NCBI GenBank assembly: GCA_965205975.1
Contig: OZ242195.1
Coordinates: 5,248,001 to 5,312,000 of the forward strand
DNA length: 64,000 bases
Direction of reading: 5' to 3'
From: Candidatus Latescibacterota bacterium
Lineage (GTDB): Bacteria; Latescibacterota; UBA2968
In this document: positions 49,204-59,425 of the stretch, piece after piece
Position numbering within the stretch: the stretch's first letter is position 1
Layout: each line of letters starts with the position of its first letter
Translations under genes and position numbers: made by a program
Notes under the pieces: generated by a model
What the model saw: only the letters and a program-made list of their open reading frames with translations
The model's database searches: none
Told to the model about the DNA's origin: nothing

Positions 49204-49969
49204 TTACTGGTACAGACTCTCTGTCGGGATATCGGTGATCATTGCGTGGCCAGGGGTATAGGATATCATGAACGGGAGCTTGGCCTGCTCGGCGACAATG
49301 CGGGGAGTGATGCCGCAAGCCCAGTACAAGCGATCCGTTCCTTCGGGTACTTCGAATGGGTGACCGTCCATGTTGACGTTCAGATCTTCGATGCCAAGTT
49401 CGTCCGCATTGTTTCTTCCAATCGGGGCGCCGTGACACCCGGGGAAGTGGCTGGTGAATTCCCATACATCGTCAATCATGCCCGGATCGAATGAGAGGAT
49501 GGTGACGGCCATGTTGCCTGAGAAGGGTCCGACTGTTTCGCACGGGAGCGACGTGAGTTGGATGGTCGGTCCCAAATGCGGCGGGGTAGCCTTTTTCGGT
49601 CAGGAGGCCGTCGAAGGAGACGCTCGATCCGATCAGGAAAGTAACCGTTCTGTCGTCGAACAAGTCCACGATGTCCTGTCGGCGTTCGGTGACTTCGCCA
49701 TCGCGTACGATGTCGTATGAACCCAGGTCGGTTCGGATGTCGAGGTCGCGTGCATACTCGGGGCAGTCCGTTTGACCGGGTTCCATTTTAGCGATCAGCG
49801 GACAGGGTTTCGGGTTGGCGCGACAGAAGGCCTCGAAATCGTCGGCGTAGTCCATGTCGAGAAAGGCGACATTGACGCACAGGTAGCCGGGAAGGGCTCG
49901 GGAGGCGAAGCCTTCGAGTTCGTTGGCTCTACAAGCGAGTCTAACGTCTAATGGTGTTTTGAATTTCAT
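49204..49969 (-). pseudogene. DUF1445/D-glutamate cyclase-like gene split by a +1 frameshift
   Basis: ORF 49472-49969 (FCRANPKPCPL, DIRTDL) continues in ORF 49204-49575 (GPFSGNMAV, HGAPI, YWACGITP, PGHAMITD). Removing one G from TTTGGGACCG near 49571-49573 fuses them. Confidence 0.8.
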
Positions 49970-50019
49970 GTTGCGCTCTCCGATGATCGAGTTGAGAAAT
50001 TGGTTACATTAAGCGACCT

Positions 50020-51393
50020 TTAACAGATCGCTCTGTTGATGCCTTTGATTTTTTGATTTGCTTTGGCGCGCTGGTCAATTTCTTCGGGGGTGACGATGTT
50101 GTGGAGGTCGGCGCGGAGGTCGGAGAGGATGTCGGCACAGGTGGGATCGTCGGCGCGGTCCTCAATTTCGTCGGGGTCGTTGGCGACGTTGAATAATTGA
50201 TCGGGGAGACCGACGTAGTGGATGTATTTCCAGTCGCCTTTTTTGATCATGAAGCCGCCGTTTAGAGCGCCCTGGGCGTGGTATTCGCTGAAGATGGGGC
50301 GGTCGGGAAAGGGATGTCCGAGGATGGCGGGGAGGAGACTGCTGCCGGGCAATGGCGCGGGGTCCTGTTCGGCGAGGTCGAGAAAGGTGGGGAGGATGTC
50401 GATGAGGTTGGCTCCTGCGGCGATGCGCTGGTTGCCTGCAGCGTTTGGATGTCGAATGATCATGGGGACGCGCACGGAGTGTTCGTAGAAACATTGTTTT
50501 TGCCATATCCCGTGGTGTCCGCCCATTTCGCCGTGGTCGCTGACGTAGATGACGACGGTGTTGTCGCGCAGGGATGAGTTATCGACTATGTCGAGCAATC
50601 GACCGATGAGGTAATCGGTGAAAGAGATGAGGCCGTAGTAAGCAGCGGTTGCCGTGGTGGAGATGGCGTCGGGCAGGGGTTCTTCGTTGCGTAGCCAGTG
50701 GCGGAGTTGCTGGATGGAAGGGTGCTGGGTGTCGCAGGGTTCGGTTCTCGTTTGTGGCAAGATGACGTGGTCGGGATAGTAGCGGTCGAAGTATTCTTGC
50801 GGGCACAGGAGGGGAAAGTGGGGGTTCATGAAGCCGGTGTAGAGAAAGAAGGGACGGTCGGCGTATTGTGCGCGGGATTTGAGGAAGCGTTCGGAGAGAT
50901 CGGCGGCTGTGCTGTCGTAGTGGATTTGCCAGTTTTCCCCGGGGCCGCATTCGGTGACGTGGCTGTTGCTGCCGCGCCGGTTGTCGGGTGTGCGCGAGGG
51001 GGCACCCATATTCCAGTGTTTCCATTTTTCGGCGTCGTCCATGAGGCGTTTGCCAAAGCCGTGCAGGCGTTCGGGACCTATGAAGTGGGTGCGGCCGCAG
51101 ACTGCGGTTTCGTAGCCCGCGGCTTCGAGGTAGCTGCCCATTGTGGGGATTGTACCCGCGAGGGGCGAGCCATTGTCATAGGTGCCGATCTGGTGGACGT
51201 ATTGTCCGGTCATAAAGGACATGCGGGCGGGTACGCATATCGGGCAGGCGGTATAGGCATTGTCAAAGGTGGTGCCTTCGGATGCGAGGCGATCCAGATG
51301 CGGCGTTTCGATATGGGGGTGACCGTAACAGCCGGTGACTGAGGGGTCGTGTTCATCGCTCATGATGAGCAAGATGTTGGGGCGCTGGTTCAT
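50020..51393 (-). CDS. Choline-sulfatase-like sulfatase
   Basis: PNILLIMSDEH, ICVPARMSFMTG, PHFP, SDHGEM, FSEYHA. Confidence 0.92.
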   Translation of the reverse strand: MNQRPNILLIMSDEHDPSVTGCYGHPHIETPHLDRLASEGTTFDNAYTACPICVPARMSFMTGQYVHQIGTYDNGSPLAGTIPTMGSYLEAAGYETAVCGRTHFIGPERLHGFGKRLMDDAEKWKHWNMGAPSRTPDNRRGSNSHVTECGPGENWQIHYDSTAADLSERFLKSRAQYADRPFFLYTGFMNPHFPLLCPQEYFDRYYPDHVILPQTRTEPCDTQHPSIQQLRHWLRNEEPLPDAISTTATAAYYGLISFTDYLIGRLLDIVDNSSLRDNTVVIYVSDHGEMGGHHGIWQKQCFYEHSVRVPMIIRHPNAAGNQRIAAGANLIDILPTFLDLAEQDPAPLPGSSLLPAILGHPFPDRPIFSEYHAQGALNGGFMIKKGDWKYIHYVGLPDQLFNVANDPDEIEDRADDPTCADILSDLRADLHNIVTPEEIDQRAKANQKIKGINRAIC

Positions 51394-51394
51394 G

Positions 51395-52825
51395 CTAATA
51401 TCTTCCTATGCGTTCGGGACCGGGGTCGGCGCATATAACGGTGTGGTCGAAGTTTTGTTTTATGAGCTGGTATTTCAGATCTGTGTGGGATGGGTCTTCC
51501 CAGAGGTTGTGAAATTCATCGGGGTCTTCTCGAAGATCGTAGAGTTCGCCGTAGTTTTCGCCGTGATAGACGACGAGTTTGTAGCGGTTGTTGCGCAGCA
51601 TGGTCGCCCAACAGGGTTTGTGTTTTTCCGAGGCGTGTGGGGCGAATTTATCGACGACATCGTAGTATTCACAGCGCATAAATTCGCGATGCGCGTGCCC
51701 GGGATCTTCGCCCGTGAGAATGGGAATGAGGGATTTGCCGTGTGTCCATTCGAGAGGGATGCCGGCGAGGTCGGCAAGGGTGGGCGCAATGTCTAAGAGC
51801 GCGGTGAGGCCATCTGCGCGGTGGCCCTGGAGAAAGGTGCCGGGCCAGGAGATGATGAGGGGGACCCGCACGAGGGCTTCGTAGAAGCGGCAACCTTTGC
51901 CGGTGAGGCCGTGATCGCCGAGCATTTCGCCGTGGTCGCTCGTGAAGATGACCACGGTGTTTTCGCGTTGGCCCGTGCGCTCAAGGGCATTGAGCATGCG
52001 ACCGACGTTTTCGTCGATAAGGGCGATCATGCCGTAGTAAGACGCTTTGTTGTGCTGTTCGCGGTCCCCGGGAGGATTGCCTTCCTTGTCAGCAAAAAAG
52101 CGTTTGAGCCGCGTTTGTGTTTGCAGGTCACTTTCGCGAAATAGCGGCGGTGGCAAGTCGGCGGGATTGTATTTGTGCGTGTCGGGGGCGTCAAAAGGTC
52201 CGTGTGGATCAAAGGGGTTGACGCTCATGAGCCAGGGGCCGTCGTGAGGGGATTCGATAAATTCTATGGCGCGATCCGCACACCAGGCGGTCTGGTGGTA
52301 TTGGGGATTCATGTCGGGACGATAGTTGCCGTATGTGCCGTCTTTTTTTGTTTGAAAGACGTCGCCGAGGTCTATGCCCTGTTCGGTGAGCCAGTCGGTG
52401 TACTGGTTGCCAATTCCGATGCCTTGATTGTGTGAGTGGCTGTACCAGAATTTGCGATATCCGTCGTCAACGCGTTGTTCTTCGCCGTTCCATGCAGAGG
52501 CGAGGTGGAGTTTGCCCGATAAGCCGCAATCGTATCCGGCATCTGCGAGGCGTTTGGTGATGAGTTGTACGCGTTCATTTGCCGGGAAATAGGCATTGCC
52601 ATTGCGATTGCCGTGTACGGTGCTGGGATAAAGCCCGGTGAGAAAGCTGGAACGGCTGGGCGTGCATATCGCGCTCTGGCAGTGGGCATGTGTGAATGCT
52701 ACGCCCTCAGCGCAGAGGCGGTCGAGGTTGGGCGTCTGAATGTGTTTATTGCCGAGGGCGTGGATGGTGTCGTAGCGTTGTTGATCTGTGCAGATCCAGA
52801 GGATGTTGGGGCGTTTTGATGTCAA
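51395..52825 (-). CDS. Sulfatase
   Basis: PNILWICTDQQR, ICTPSRSSFLTG, GKLH, DPHGP, SDHGE; TTG start after GAGGAG. Confidence 0.92.
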   Translation of the reverse strand: MTSKRPNILWICTDQQRYDTIHALGNKHIQTPNLDRLCAEGVAFTHAHCQSAICTPSRSSFLTGLYPSTVHGNRNGNAYFPANERVQLITKRLADAGYDCGLSGKLHLASAWNGEEQRVDDGYRKFWYSHSHNQGIGIGNQYTDWLTEQGIDLGDVFQTKKDGTYGNYRPDMNPQYHQTAWCADRAIEFIESPHDGPWLMSVNPFDPHGPFDAPDTHKYNPADLPPPLFRESDLQTQTRLKRFFADKEGNPPGDREQHNKASYYGMIALIDENVGRMLNALERTGQRENTVVIFTSDHGEMLGDHGLTGKGCRFYEALVRVPLIISWPGTFLQGHRADGLTALLDIAPTLADLAGIPLEWTHGKSLIPILTGEDPGHAHREFMRCEYYDVVDKFAPHASEKHKPCWATMLRNNRYKLVVYHGENYGELYDLREDPDEFHNLWEDPSHTDLKYQLIKQNFDHTVICADPGPERIGRY

Positions 52826-52836
52826 TGGTGGTCTCC

Positions 52837-54258
52837 TCAATCGCGCGCGCCTCTGATAACGCGGCCATTTTCGATCCAGTGATCGCGGTAAAAGGTAGTG
52901 GGTTCAAAGGTGTCGTTTAGTGCGTCCATGCGCGTCCGAATCTGGTCGCGGTAATGCTGGATTATTCTGGCATGGTCAGGGCTGCTGGCGAGATTGTGCA
53001 ATTGCAGGGGGTCTTCGCGGTGATTGTAGAGGGATTCTCCATGTTTTTCAATGGCATAGGTATATTGTTTGTCGCGCAAGGCACGCCATTCAAAGCCATC
53101 GTCCCAATCGACACTGGGGCCCATGCCCTGTAAGAATGCGGATTCGGGTTCATCTCCAGGCTGACCAAATGCGCAATGGGAAAGGTCAAATCCATCGATA
53201 CCATCGGGGATATCGACGTTTAAGAGTGAGAGCAGCGTGGGCATGATATCGGGTGTGTTGAGGCAGGCATCGCTTTCGGTTTTGGGTGCGATGCGATTGG
53301 GCCAGCGCATGAGAAAGGGGACGCGAGCGGCTTCTTCATAGTAGATATTTTTTTGAACGCGACCGTGTGCGCCAAACATTTCGCCGTGGTCTGATGTGAA
53401 GACGACAAGGGTGTCGTGCGCGAGGTCGAATCTGTCTATCGCGTCTAAAATTCGGCCCACGTTCCAGTCGAGGTTGGCAGTCATAGCGGCATAGATTCGC
53501 TGCCATTCAACGAGGTTGGGTTTGACGGATTTCATCCACCAATCGCGGTCGAACCACGCATGCCAGTATTCTCCTGATCCGTCCCGGTAATTTGGCGGCA
53601 GGTCAAAGGCCATGTCTTTGAAGTGCATACCCCATTCTTCGGGGACGTTGTCCCAGTTCCAGGGCTGATGAGGTGTGCCATAGGAGACGAAGAGGGCGAA
53701 GGGGTCTGGATTTTCGCACGCGTTTTCGAGATAGGAGATGGCGAGGTCGGTCATGGCATCGGGTTCATAGGCAGGGATGTCGATGCGTTCAAATTTGTCT
53801 TCGTAATAAAATCCCCTGTAGTAGCTGTGGTTGAAGTTGTAGGCTGCCCAATAGTGGTCAAATCCCAGTCGGTGCGGGCCTGGGGGCACGAATTGATTGG
53901 CGGGATTCTTGTGAAAATCTCCGGCCTGTTTATAAACTTTGCCTTCGGTTGCGTAAATGTGCCATTTGCCGATGTAGGCACAATTCACGCCGTTCTGCGT
54001 TAATGTGCCGGCAAGCGTTGGCAAATCGGTGCGGGCACTCAATTCGTTCATGACGTAGCCATTGGTGGTGGGATAACAGCCCGTAAAGAGTGATGCGCGA
54101 TGCGGGCTGCACACGGGATAGACCGAGGTGGCGTTGACAAAGTTGATGCCTTCAGATGATAGGCGGTCGATATTGGGGGTGCGGGCGCGGTTGTCGCCCA
54201 TATAGCCACAGGATTGCGGGCGGAGTTGATCGGCGAAGATGTATAGAAGGTTAGGCAC
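52837..54258 (-). CDS. Sulfatase
   Basis: PNLLYIFADQLR, VCSPHRASLFTG, GKWH, TPHQP, SDHGE. Confidence 0.92.
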   Translation of the reverse strand: MPNLLYIFADQLRPQSCGYMGDNRARTPNIDRLSSEGINFVNATSVYPVCSPHRASLFTGCYPTTNGYVMNELSARTDLPTLAGTLTQNGVNCAYIGKWHIYATEGKVYKQAGDFHKNPANQFVPPGPHRLGFDHYWAAYNFNHSYYRGFYYEDKFERIDIPAYEPDAMTDLAISYLENACENPDPFALFVSYGTPHQPWNWDNVPEEWGMHFKDMAFDLPPNYRDGSGEYWHAWFDRDWWMKSVKPNLVEWQRIYAAMTANLDWNVGRILDAIDRFDLAHDTLVVFTSDHGEMFGAHGRVQKNIYYEEAARVPFLMRWPNRIAPKTESDACLNTPDIMPTLLSLLNVDIPDGIDGFDLSHCAFGQPGDEPESAFLQGMGPSVDWDDGFEWRALRDKQYTYAIEKHGESLYNHREDPLQLHNLASSPDHARIIQHYRDQIRTRMDALNDTFEPTTFYRDHWIENGRVIRGARD

Positions 54259-54261
54259 AGA

Positions 54262-55098
54262 TTACGCGCTTTCGTGTTCTGCCCGCATTGCGTTAAAGAA
54301 GCGCACATCAATCCGCGCCAGGTCAATTACGGTTTCTATGGGTTCACCGCTGTATTCGCTGTGGAAACTCACGGGACCTTCAAAGTTTAATCGATCCAGT
54401 GTTTTTACGACTGCGGGCCAATCGCCAAATCCCTGTCCCAGTCGCATTGTCCCGCCTGTGGGCGCGCCCTGTACGGTTCGTCCCAGAGGTCGCTGGCGAA
54501 TGAGGTCTTTGAATGCCAGGACTGAGAGATACTCGCGTACAATATCCAGTGCCATTTCTATGGGTTCGCCACATATCGACAGGTGTCCCGGGTCGGAAAA
54601 TACGCCGATGTGTTCGGGGTTGAATCCCTTGACCACGTTCATGACGGCACACGAGTTTAACCCCATCGATTTGCCCGAATGGTTGTGTACTACGGTTTTT
54701 ACGCCGTGTTTTTCCGACAATTTCTCAAAGCTTTCCATCCAGCCCCGGATTTCATCCAACTGATCCCAGTAGTGTTTTGCATCCGACCAGTGCCAGTAGC
54801 CGAGTTTTACACGCGCCACGCCAGCGTCGCCCAGCGCGCCGTAATAACGTTCGACGTAATCAATGTCCGGGCGACTAAAATCACCGGGGGCTGTTACGAG
54901 TGGAATACACAGGCCCGCGGCTTCAAACTGTTTGGCGGCTTTAGGCAGTGCTTTGTCGATATTGTCTGGGTTTACAGGATATCCCTCTCGTACACACAGA
55001 TCTGCGCCCTGTACGCCTACGGATTGGAGGGATTCGATGATTTCGGAAACGTCCATGCCTTCGAGGTGTTTTGTGAACATGATGTACGTGAGCTTCAT
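54262..55098 (-). CDS. Sugar-phosphate isomerase/epimerase (xylose isomerase-like TIM barrel)
   Basis: MFTKHL, VHNHSG, DPGH, FKD, LGQGFGDW, SFHSEY. Confidence 0.85.
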   Translation of the reverse strand: MKLTYIMFTKHLEGMDVSEIIESLQSVGVQGADLCVREGYPVNPDNIDKALPKAAKQFEAAGLCIPLVTAPGDFSRPDIDYVERYYGALGDAGVARVKLGYWHWSDAKHYWDQLDEIRGWMESFEKLSEKHGVKTVVHNHSGKSMGLNSCAVMNVVKGFNPEHIGVFSDPGHLSICGEPIEMALDIVREYLSVLAFKDLIRQRPLGRTVQGAPTGGTMRLGQGFGDWPAVVKTLDRLNFEGPVSFHSEYSGEPIETVIDLARIDVRFFNAMRAEHESA

Positions 55099-55192
55099 TT
55101 TCTTTCCTTTCTATAGTGTCGTTTGCATTTGTGAGCACTTCAGGATACGCAATTGTGTGTCGAAAATCAATGGTGAGTTGAAAGCTCAAATC

Positions 55193-55251
55193 TTGACATG
55201 TTGTGAAAAATGTATATGTTGTCGTCAAATTGTTGTGAAAAATGACGACAA
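55193..55251 (+). promoter_or_regulatory. Candidate sigma-70 promoter overlapped by direct and inverted repeats (operator)
   Basis: TTGACA at 55193; TGTTGTGAAAAATG at 55199 and 55231; TTGTCGTCA (55219) / TGACGACAA (55243). Confidence 0.5.
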
Positions 55252-55312
55252 GGTAGTCAAAAAACACGGTTTCGCATATTTCAGCATCCCGGTGCAGAGG
55301 TCGTAAAAGGAT

Positions 55313-58300
55313 ATGAAACTCAGTCGTTTTGCCATTTTTAAACCCATCAGTACGATTATGATCGCACTTAGTCTCGTGGTGATGGGTTTTATTTCCCTGT
55401 TCAAGTTGCCGCTCGAATATTTGCCCAGCGTGACGTTCCCGGTTCTTTTTGTGTCTATCCGGTATCCTTCTTCGTCTCCCGAGGAAATTGAACGGTTTAT
55501 CACGCGCCCAATTGAAGAGATATTGGGCACTATGCCCGGCATTGAAAACATGGGATCCACATCCAATGAGTCTTCTTCGACTATTCGCCTGGAATTTGCA
55601 ATGGATGCAGATATGGATCTCGTTGGTATTCATTTGCGCGACAGGCTCGATCAGGTTCGCGCAGATTTGCCCGATGACGTGGATTATATTGGGATTAAAA
55701 GTTTCGATACCGAAGATATTCCGGCTCTCGAATATACTGTTTCGTGGCTGGGTGAAGATCCCGAAGATCTCATCGCGTTTTATAACCAGCACCTGTTGCC
55801 GCGATTGCAGCGGCTCGATGGTGTGGCAAGTGTTGAATTGAGGGGTTTACAGCAAAAGGATCTCCTCGTCGAGGTCGATCAGCGTGCTCTGATCGCGCAC
55901 AAATTGGATTTTCGCACGATCAATCGCGCGCTTCGCAGAAATAATATCAATATCTCGGCGGGTTATGTCACCGATGGCGACAGGCGATTTGCTGTGCGAA
56001 GTGTGGGCGAGTTTGAGACCGTTGACCAGATTCGCAATCTGCCCATTCGCCCAAATCTGACGCTGTCCGACGTCGCATCGGTTACTTACGATTATCCTCC
56101 TGCTCGTCGATTTGATCGCCTTGATGGCATACCTTCTCTTTATCTTTCTGTGCATAAATCTTCAACGGCAAATATGGTCGATGTTTGCAAGCGCGCCCGC
56201 GGAGAACTCAGCCGTATCAACGAGGAGGTTGGCAAAGATAATCTTCGAATGCTTCTTGTTCGAGACCAGTCAACTGCTGTTATTGCCAGTATAACCAGTC
56301 TCAGCCAATCGGCGATTATGGGCGGTCTTTTGGCAGTTATTGCCATTTTCGTTTTTCTCCGCAACTTCCGCAGTACCCTCATCATCGGCTCCGCCATTCC
56401 AATTAGCGCGCTCACGGTGTTTCTCATTATGTATCTTTTGCGGCAGTCGGGTACTGATATCACTTTGAACTTGATTTCGATGATGGGGCTGATGGTCGCT
56501 ATTGGGATGCTCGTGGATCCCGCTGTTGTGGCTCTGGAGAATATTTTTCGCAAATGTTTTGATGAAGGTCAGGATGTCACACAGGCAGCGCTTGAGGGCA
56601 GTGAGGAAATTGGTCTCCCGGTTCTGGCTGCTACGCTTACTACTGTTTGTGTATTTGTTCCGGTCATTTTTGTGACTGATTCGAGTACTTCGCTCTTTAT
56701 GCGGCAATTCTCTGTGACAGTTGTCGTGTCTGTTATTGCATCGTTTTGTGTCGCGCTTTCCCTGATTCCGTTGGCAGCATCCCGTGCTTTTAATGAAGGA
56801 GGTCAGACCTTTGATCGCGTTCTCAAAAGTATTTTGGTGCTCGCGGCCATTGTCGGGGTGGGTGCGTATATATATTATACGGATTTCAGTAAGATTGATT
56901 ACGCTGGTCTGTGGGACGCAATTGCGAGTACTATCGCAGGTTTGCCTTTATTTGCCAAAATGGGTTTTCCCGCCGCCATTGCCCTCACGATTTTTCTGTA
57001 TTTTCGTTATCGCGCCATTGGTGCCAAAGCCTTTTATGCGAGAGTGGTTGCCAATACTTTGCACTATCGCTGGGCAACACTGTCTGTTGCCTGCGTTTTT
57101 CTCTTTTTGGGGAACCACATCTACGGCAAAATCGAACAAGAACCCTTTCGCTATCAACCCACACGCGCGATCAGGCTGACAGTGGAGATGCCGCGTACGT
57201 ACGATTTGGAGCAGGCGAGTAATACGTTCAAAATAGCCGAAGATATACTTATTCCACTGAAAGAGGAACTCGATATAGAGGCCATTGCGACGAAGTTCAA
57301 TACGGGTAACCGCCAGGGAAAGAGAAATGCGCTTTTGACTATTTATCTCACGCCTGCAGAAGAGAGTAAGTTGACGACAGACGAGGTTCAGCACAGGATC
57401 ATCGCGCTTCTTCCAAAGGATATTCCCGGTGTGCGTTTCAAATCTCGCGGGGGCAAGTCAGGCGGGACCACTGGGGTGGGTGTTGAACTCAAAGGGCGAA
57501 AGCAGGAAATTCTGGAGGTTCTGGCCGAGGATATTGAAATGAGTATGCAGGGGATGTCCGGCGTTCACGAGATCGAGACCAACCTTGAGACGGGTATGGA
57601 AGAGATTCGCGTGGTTGTAAATCGCGAACGGGCACAGCGGTATGGCATTTCTCCGCGCGATATTGCCACGAATATCGCTTCGGCACTCGGGTCGCGCGGG
57701 GCTTCACACTTCAAAACACCCCATGGTGAAATTGATATTACCGTTCAACTCCGCGAAGAAGATCGCGCTACTCTCGAGCAGATCAAAACAACGGAGTTTG
57801 AAAGCGATAAGGGCGGGATGGTCACTTTCTCGAGTCTGGCGGATTTCAATCTCATACAAGGACCCAATGCCATCTCCCGCGAAGATCGCCTGCCCACGCT
57901 AACTGTTTTTGCCAATACTGAGCAAAAAGCAGTATTCAGCGTGGGGCAGATTATGAAAGCGCGTATGGAAGATGTGCCCCTGCCCAAGGGATATACCTAT
58001 CAGATGGACCGCCGCTTCAAGTCTATGGATGCAGAACAGGCACAGGATTTTGAGACGATGATTTTTGCGCTGATTCTCATTTACATTATCATGGCTTCGC
58101 TTTTTGAATCCTATGTCCATCCGCTCACCATTATGTTCTGCATTTTCTTTGCATTCATCGGCGTCGCGCTCGGTCTCTATACTTTTAAGATCGCTATGGA
58201 TAGCAATGCCAAGTACGGCCTTCTGGTGCTTTTTGGCATTGTGGTGAATAATGGTATTGTACTGGTCGATCATATCAACAGATACCGAAAACAGGGGCTT

Positions 58301-58597
58301 GTCCGCCGCGATGCCATTATACGCGGGGGCCAGGACCGCCTGCGTCCGATTATGATGACTGCTACGACCACCATCATTGGCCTGATGCCGCTGGTTATTC
58401 CGATGCTTTTTGGTCATGCCGAAGGCACAGCCCGCCGCTGGGGTCCCATCGGTCTGGTCGTGGTATCGGGATTGTCTATTTCAACAATTCTGACGCTTGT
58501 TCTCCTGCCTACGATGTATTCCCTGATGGATGACCTCTCCCAATTTGCCAAACGCGTTGTCGCGGTGGGATCGCGGATGAAACGGATTGAAGGATGA
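55313..58597 (+). CDS. RND efflux permease (AcrB/SwrC-like)
   Basis: YPSSSPEEIERFITRPIEE, GMLVDPAVVALENIFR, ASLFESYVHP, GIVVNNGIVLVD, RLRPIMMTATTT. Confidence 0.94.
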   Translation: MKLSRFAIFKPISTIMIALSLVVMGFISLFKLPLEYLPSVTFPVLFVSIRYPSSSPEEIERFITRPIEEILGTMPGIENMGSTSNESSSTIRLEFAMDADMDLVGIHLRDRLDQVRADLPDDVDYIGIKSFDTEDIPALEYTVSWLGEDPEDLIAFYNQHLLPRLQRLDGVASVELRGLQQKDLLVEVDQRALIAHKLDFRTINRALRRNNINISAGYVTDGDRRFAVRSVGEFETVDQIRNLPIRPNLTLSDVASVTYDYPPARRFDRLDGIPSLYLSVHKSSTANMVDVCKRARGELSRINEEVGKDNLRMLLVRDQSTAVIASITSLSQSAIMGGLLAVIAIFVFLRNFRSTLIIGSAIPISALTVFLIMYLLRQSGTDITLNLISMMGLMVAIGMLVDPAVVALENIFRKCFDEGQDVTQAALEGSEEIGLPVLAATLTTVCVFVPVIFVTDSSTSLFMRQFSVTVVVSVIASFCVALSLIPLAASRAFNEGGQTFDRVLKSILVLAAIVGVGAYIYYTDFSKIDYAGLWDAIASTIAGLPLFAKMGFPAAIALTIFLYFRYRAIGAKAFYARVVANTLHYRWATLSVACVFLFLGNHIYGKIEQEPFRYQPTRAIRLTVEMPRTYDLEQASNTFKIAEDILIPLKEELDIEAIATKFNTGNRQGKRNALLTIYLTPAEESKLTTDEVQHRIIALLPKDIPGVRFKSRGGKSGGTTGVGVELKGRKQEILEVLAEDIEMSMQGMSGVHEIETNLETGMEEIRVVVNRERAQRYGISPRDIATNIASALGSRGASHFKTPHGEIDITVQLREEDRATLEQIKTTEFESDKGGMVTFSSLADFNLIQGPNAISREDRLPTLTVFANTEQKAVFSVGQIMKARMEDVPLPKGYTYQMDRRFKSMDAEQAQDFETMIFALILIYIIMASLFESYVHPLTIMFCIFFAFIGVALGLYTFKIAMDSNAKYGLLVLFGIVVNNGIVLVDHINRYRKQGLVRRDAIIRGGQDRLRPIMMTATTTIIGLMPLVIPMLFGHAEGTARRWGPIGLVVVSGLSISTILTLVLLPTMYSLMDDLSQFAKRVVAVGSRMKRIEG

Positions 58598-58687
58598 CGC
58601 GGATTAAAAAACTGTTTTGGTGGCGTGTTTAGGGCTGCGATTCGATCTCGCAAGCCCTTTTCTGTGCCATGTGTTTATGAGCTATAC

Positions 58688-58927
58688 CTATTGTGCAGAT
58701 GCCAACATCTCGCCAACAGCATCGGGCAGGTCCACACGATGAAAACGGTGGTCGCCAAAAGCATAATCTTCACCGCTTTCATCAATGATGCGAATATAGC
58801 CATGAGCCGAGGCTTCTTCATCGGGAACGATGCTATAAACCTTACCCACTTCGAGAGACGCCTCGTATCCTTCGTTATTGATGCAGAGGGCAAATTGTTG
58901 TGTAAAATTATTTTTTTTCATAATCAA
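58688..58927 (-). CDS. Small acidic protein, putative immunity/antitoxin
   Basis: FALCINNEGYEASLEVGKVY...IRIIDESGEDY; 4-nt overlap with the upstream gene. Confidence 0.7.
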   Translation of the reverse strand: MIMKKNNFTQQFALCINNEGYEASLEVGKVYSIVPDEEASAHGYIRIIDESGEDYAFGDHRFHRVDLPDAVGEMLASAQ

Positions 58928-59160
58928 CCGAGAAAGGGTAGTTTGAGTTTAAATTCTTTTTTGCCAATACCATGTGCCTCGTACCAATGAATTTCGGCAA
59001 GCCTTATACTGTTGTCAAGTAAGCGTACGCGTGCCACCCCTTTAAGTTTGCGCCACCTGCCTGGGCCATATTGTTTTCGCAATCGCGCCCGGTCACGCAC
59101 GCCCATACCTCTGGCAATGGGTTTGATCTGCGTAATTTCTCCAAGAATCTCAAAGTCCAC
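58924..59160 (-). CDS. Small basic protein, putative toxin domain
   Basis: GRWRKLKG...AEIHWYEAHGIGKKEFK motif; strongly basic. Confidence 0.7.
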   Translation of the reverse strand: MDFEILGEITQIKPIARGMGVRDRARLRKQYGPGRWRKLKGVARVRLLDNSIRLAEIHWYEAHGIGKKEFKLKLPFLG

Positions 59161-59425
59161 AACTAAGCGTTCCCCTAACTTTGTACATGTCGTTTCCGCA
59201 CTGTCTCATGCCCGGGAAAAATATCATAATCATAGGTAATCGCGCCCTAACTTTGACCGGAGGGGCGATGCCTAATCCGCGCAATCCGCGTAATCTGCTT
59301 CATCCGCGATCCTGACAGTTTCCACCTCACCAACATAATATACCCACATTCCGAAAGAGTAGCCTTGCCTTTTTCAAATCCCGTCTTATTTTGGTAAAAC
59401 TTTAAGCGCAGGATTTTGGGTAGTC

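Larger units (their letters stand above)
58568..59312. mobile_element. Two-gene cassette bounded by ~40-bp imperfect inverted repeats
   Basis: Left end GGATCGCGGATGAAACGGATTGAAGGATGACGCGGATTA (58568-58606); reverse complement of the right end (59273-59312) GGATCGCGGATGAAGCAGATTACGCGGATTGCGCGGATTA. Confidence 0.6.
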
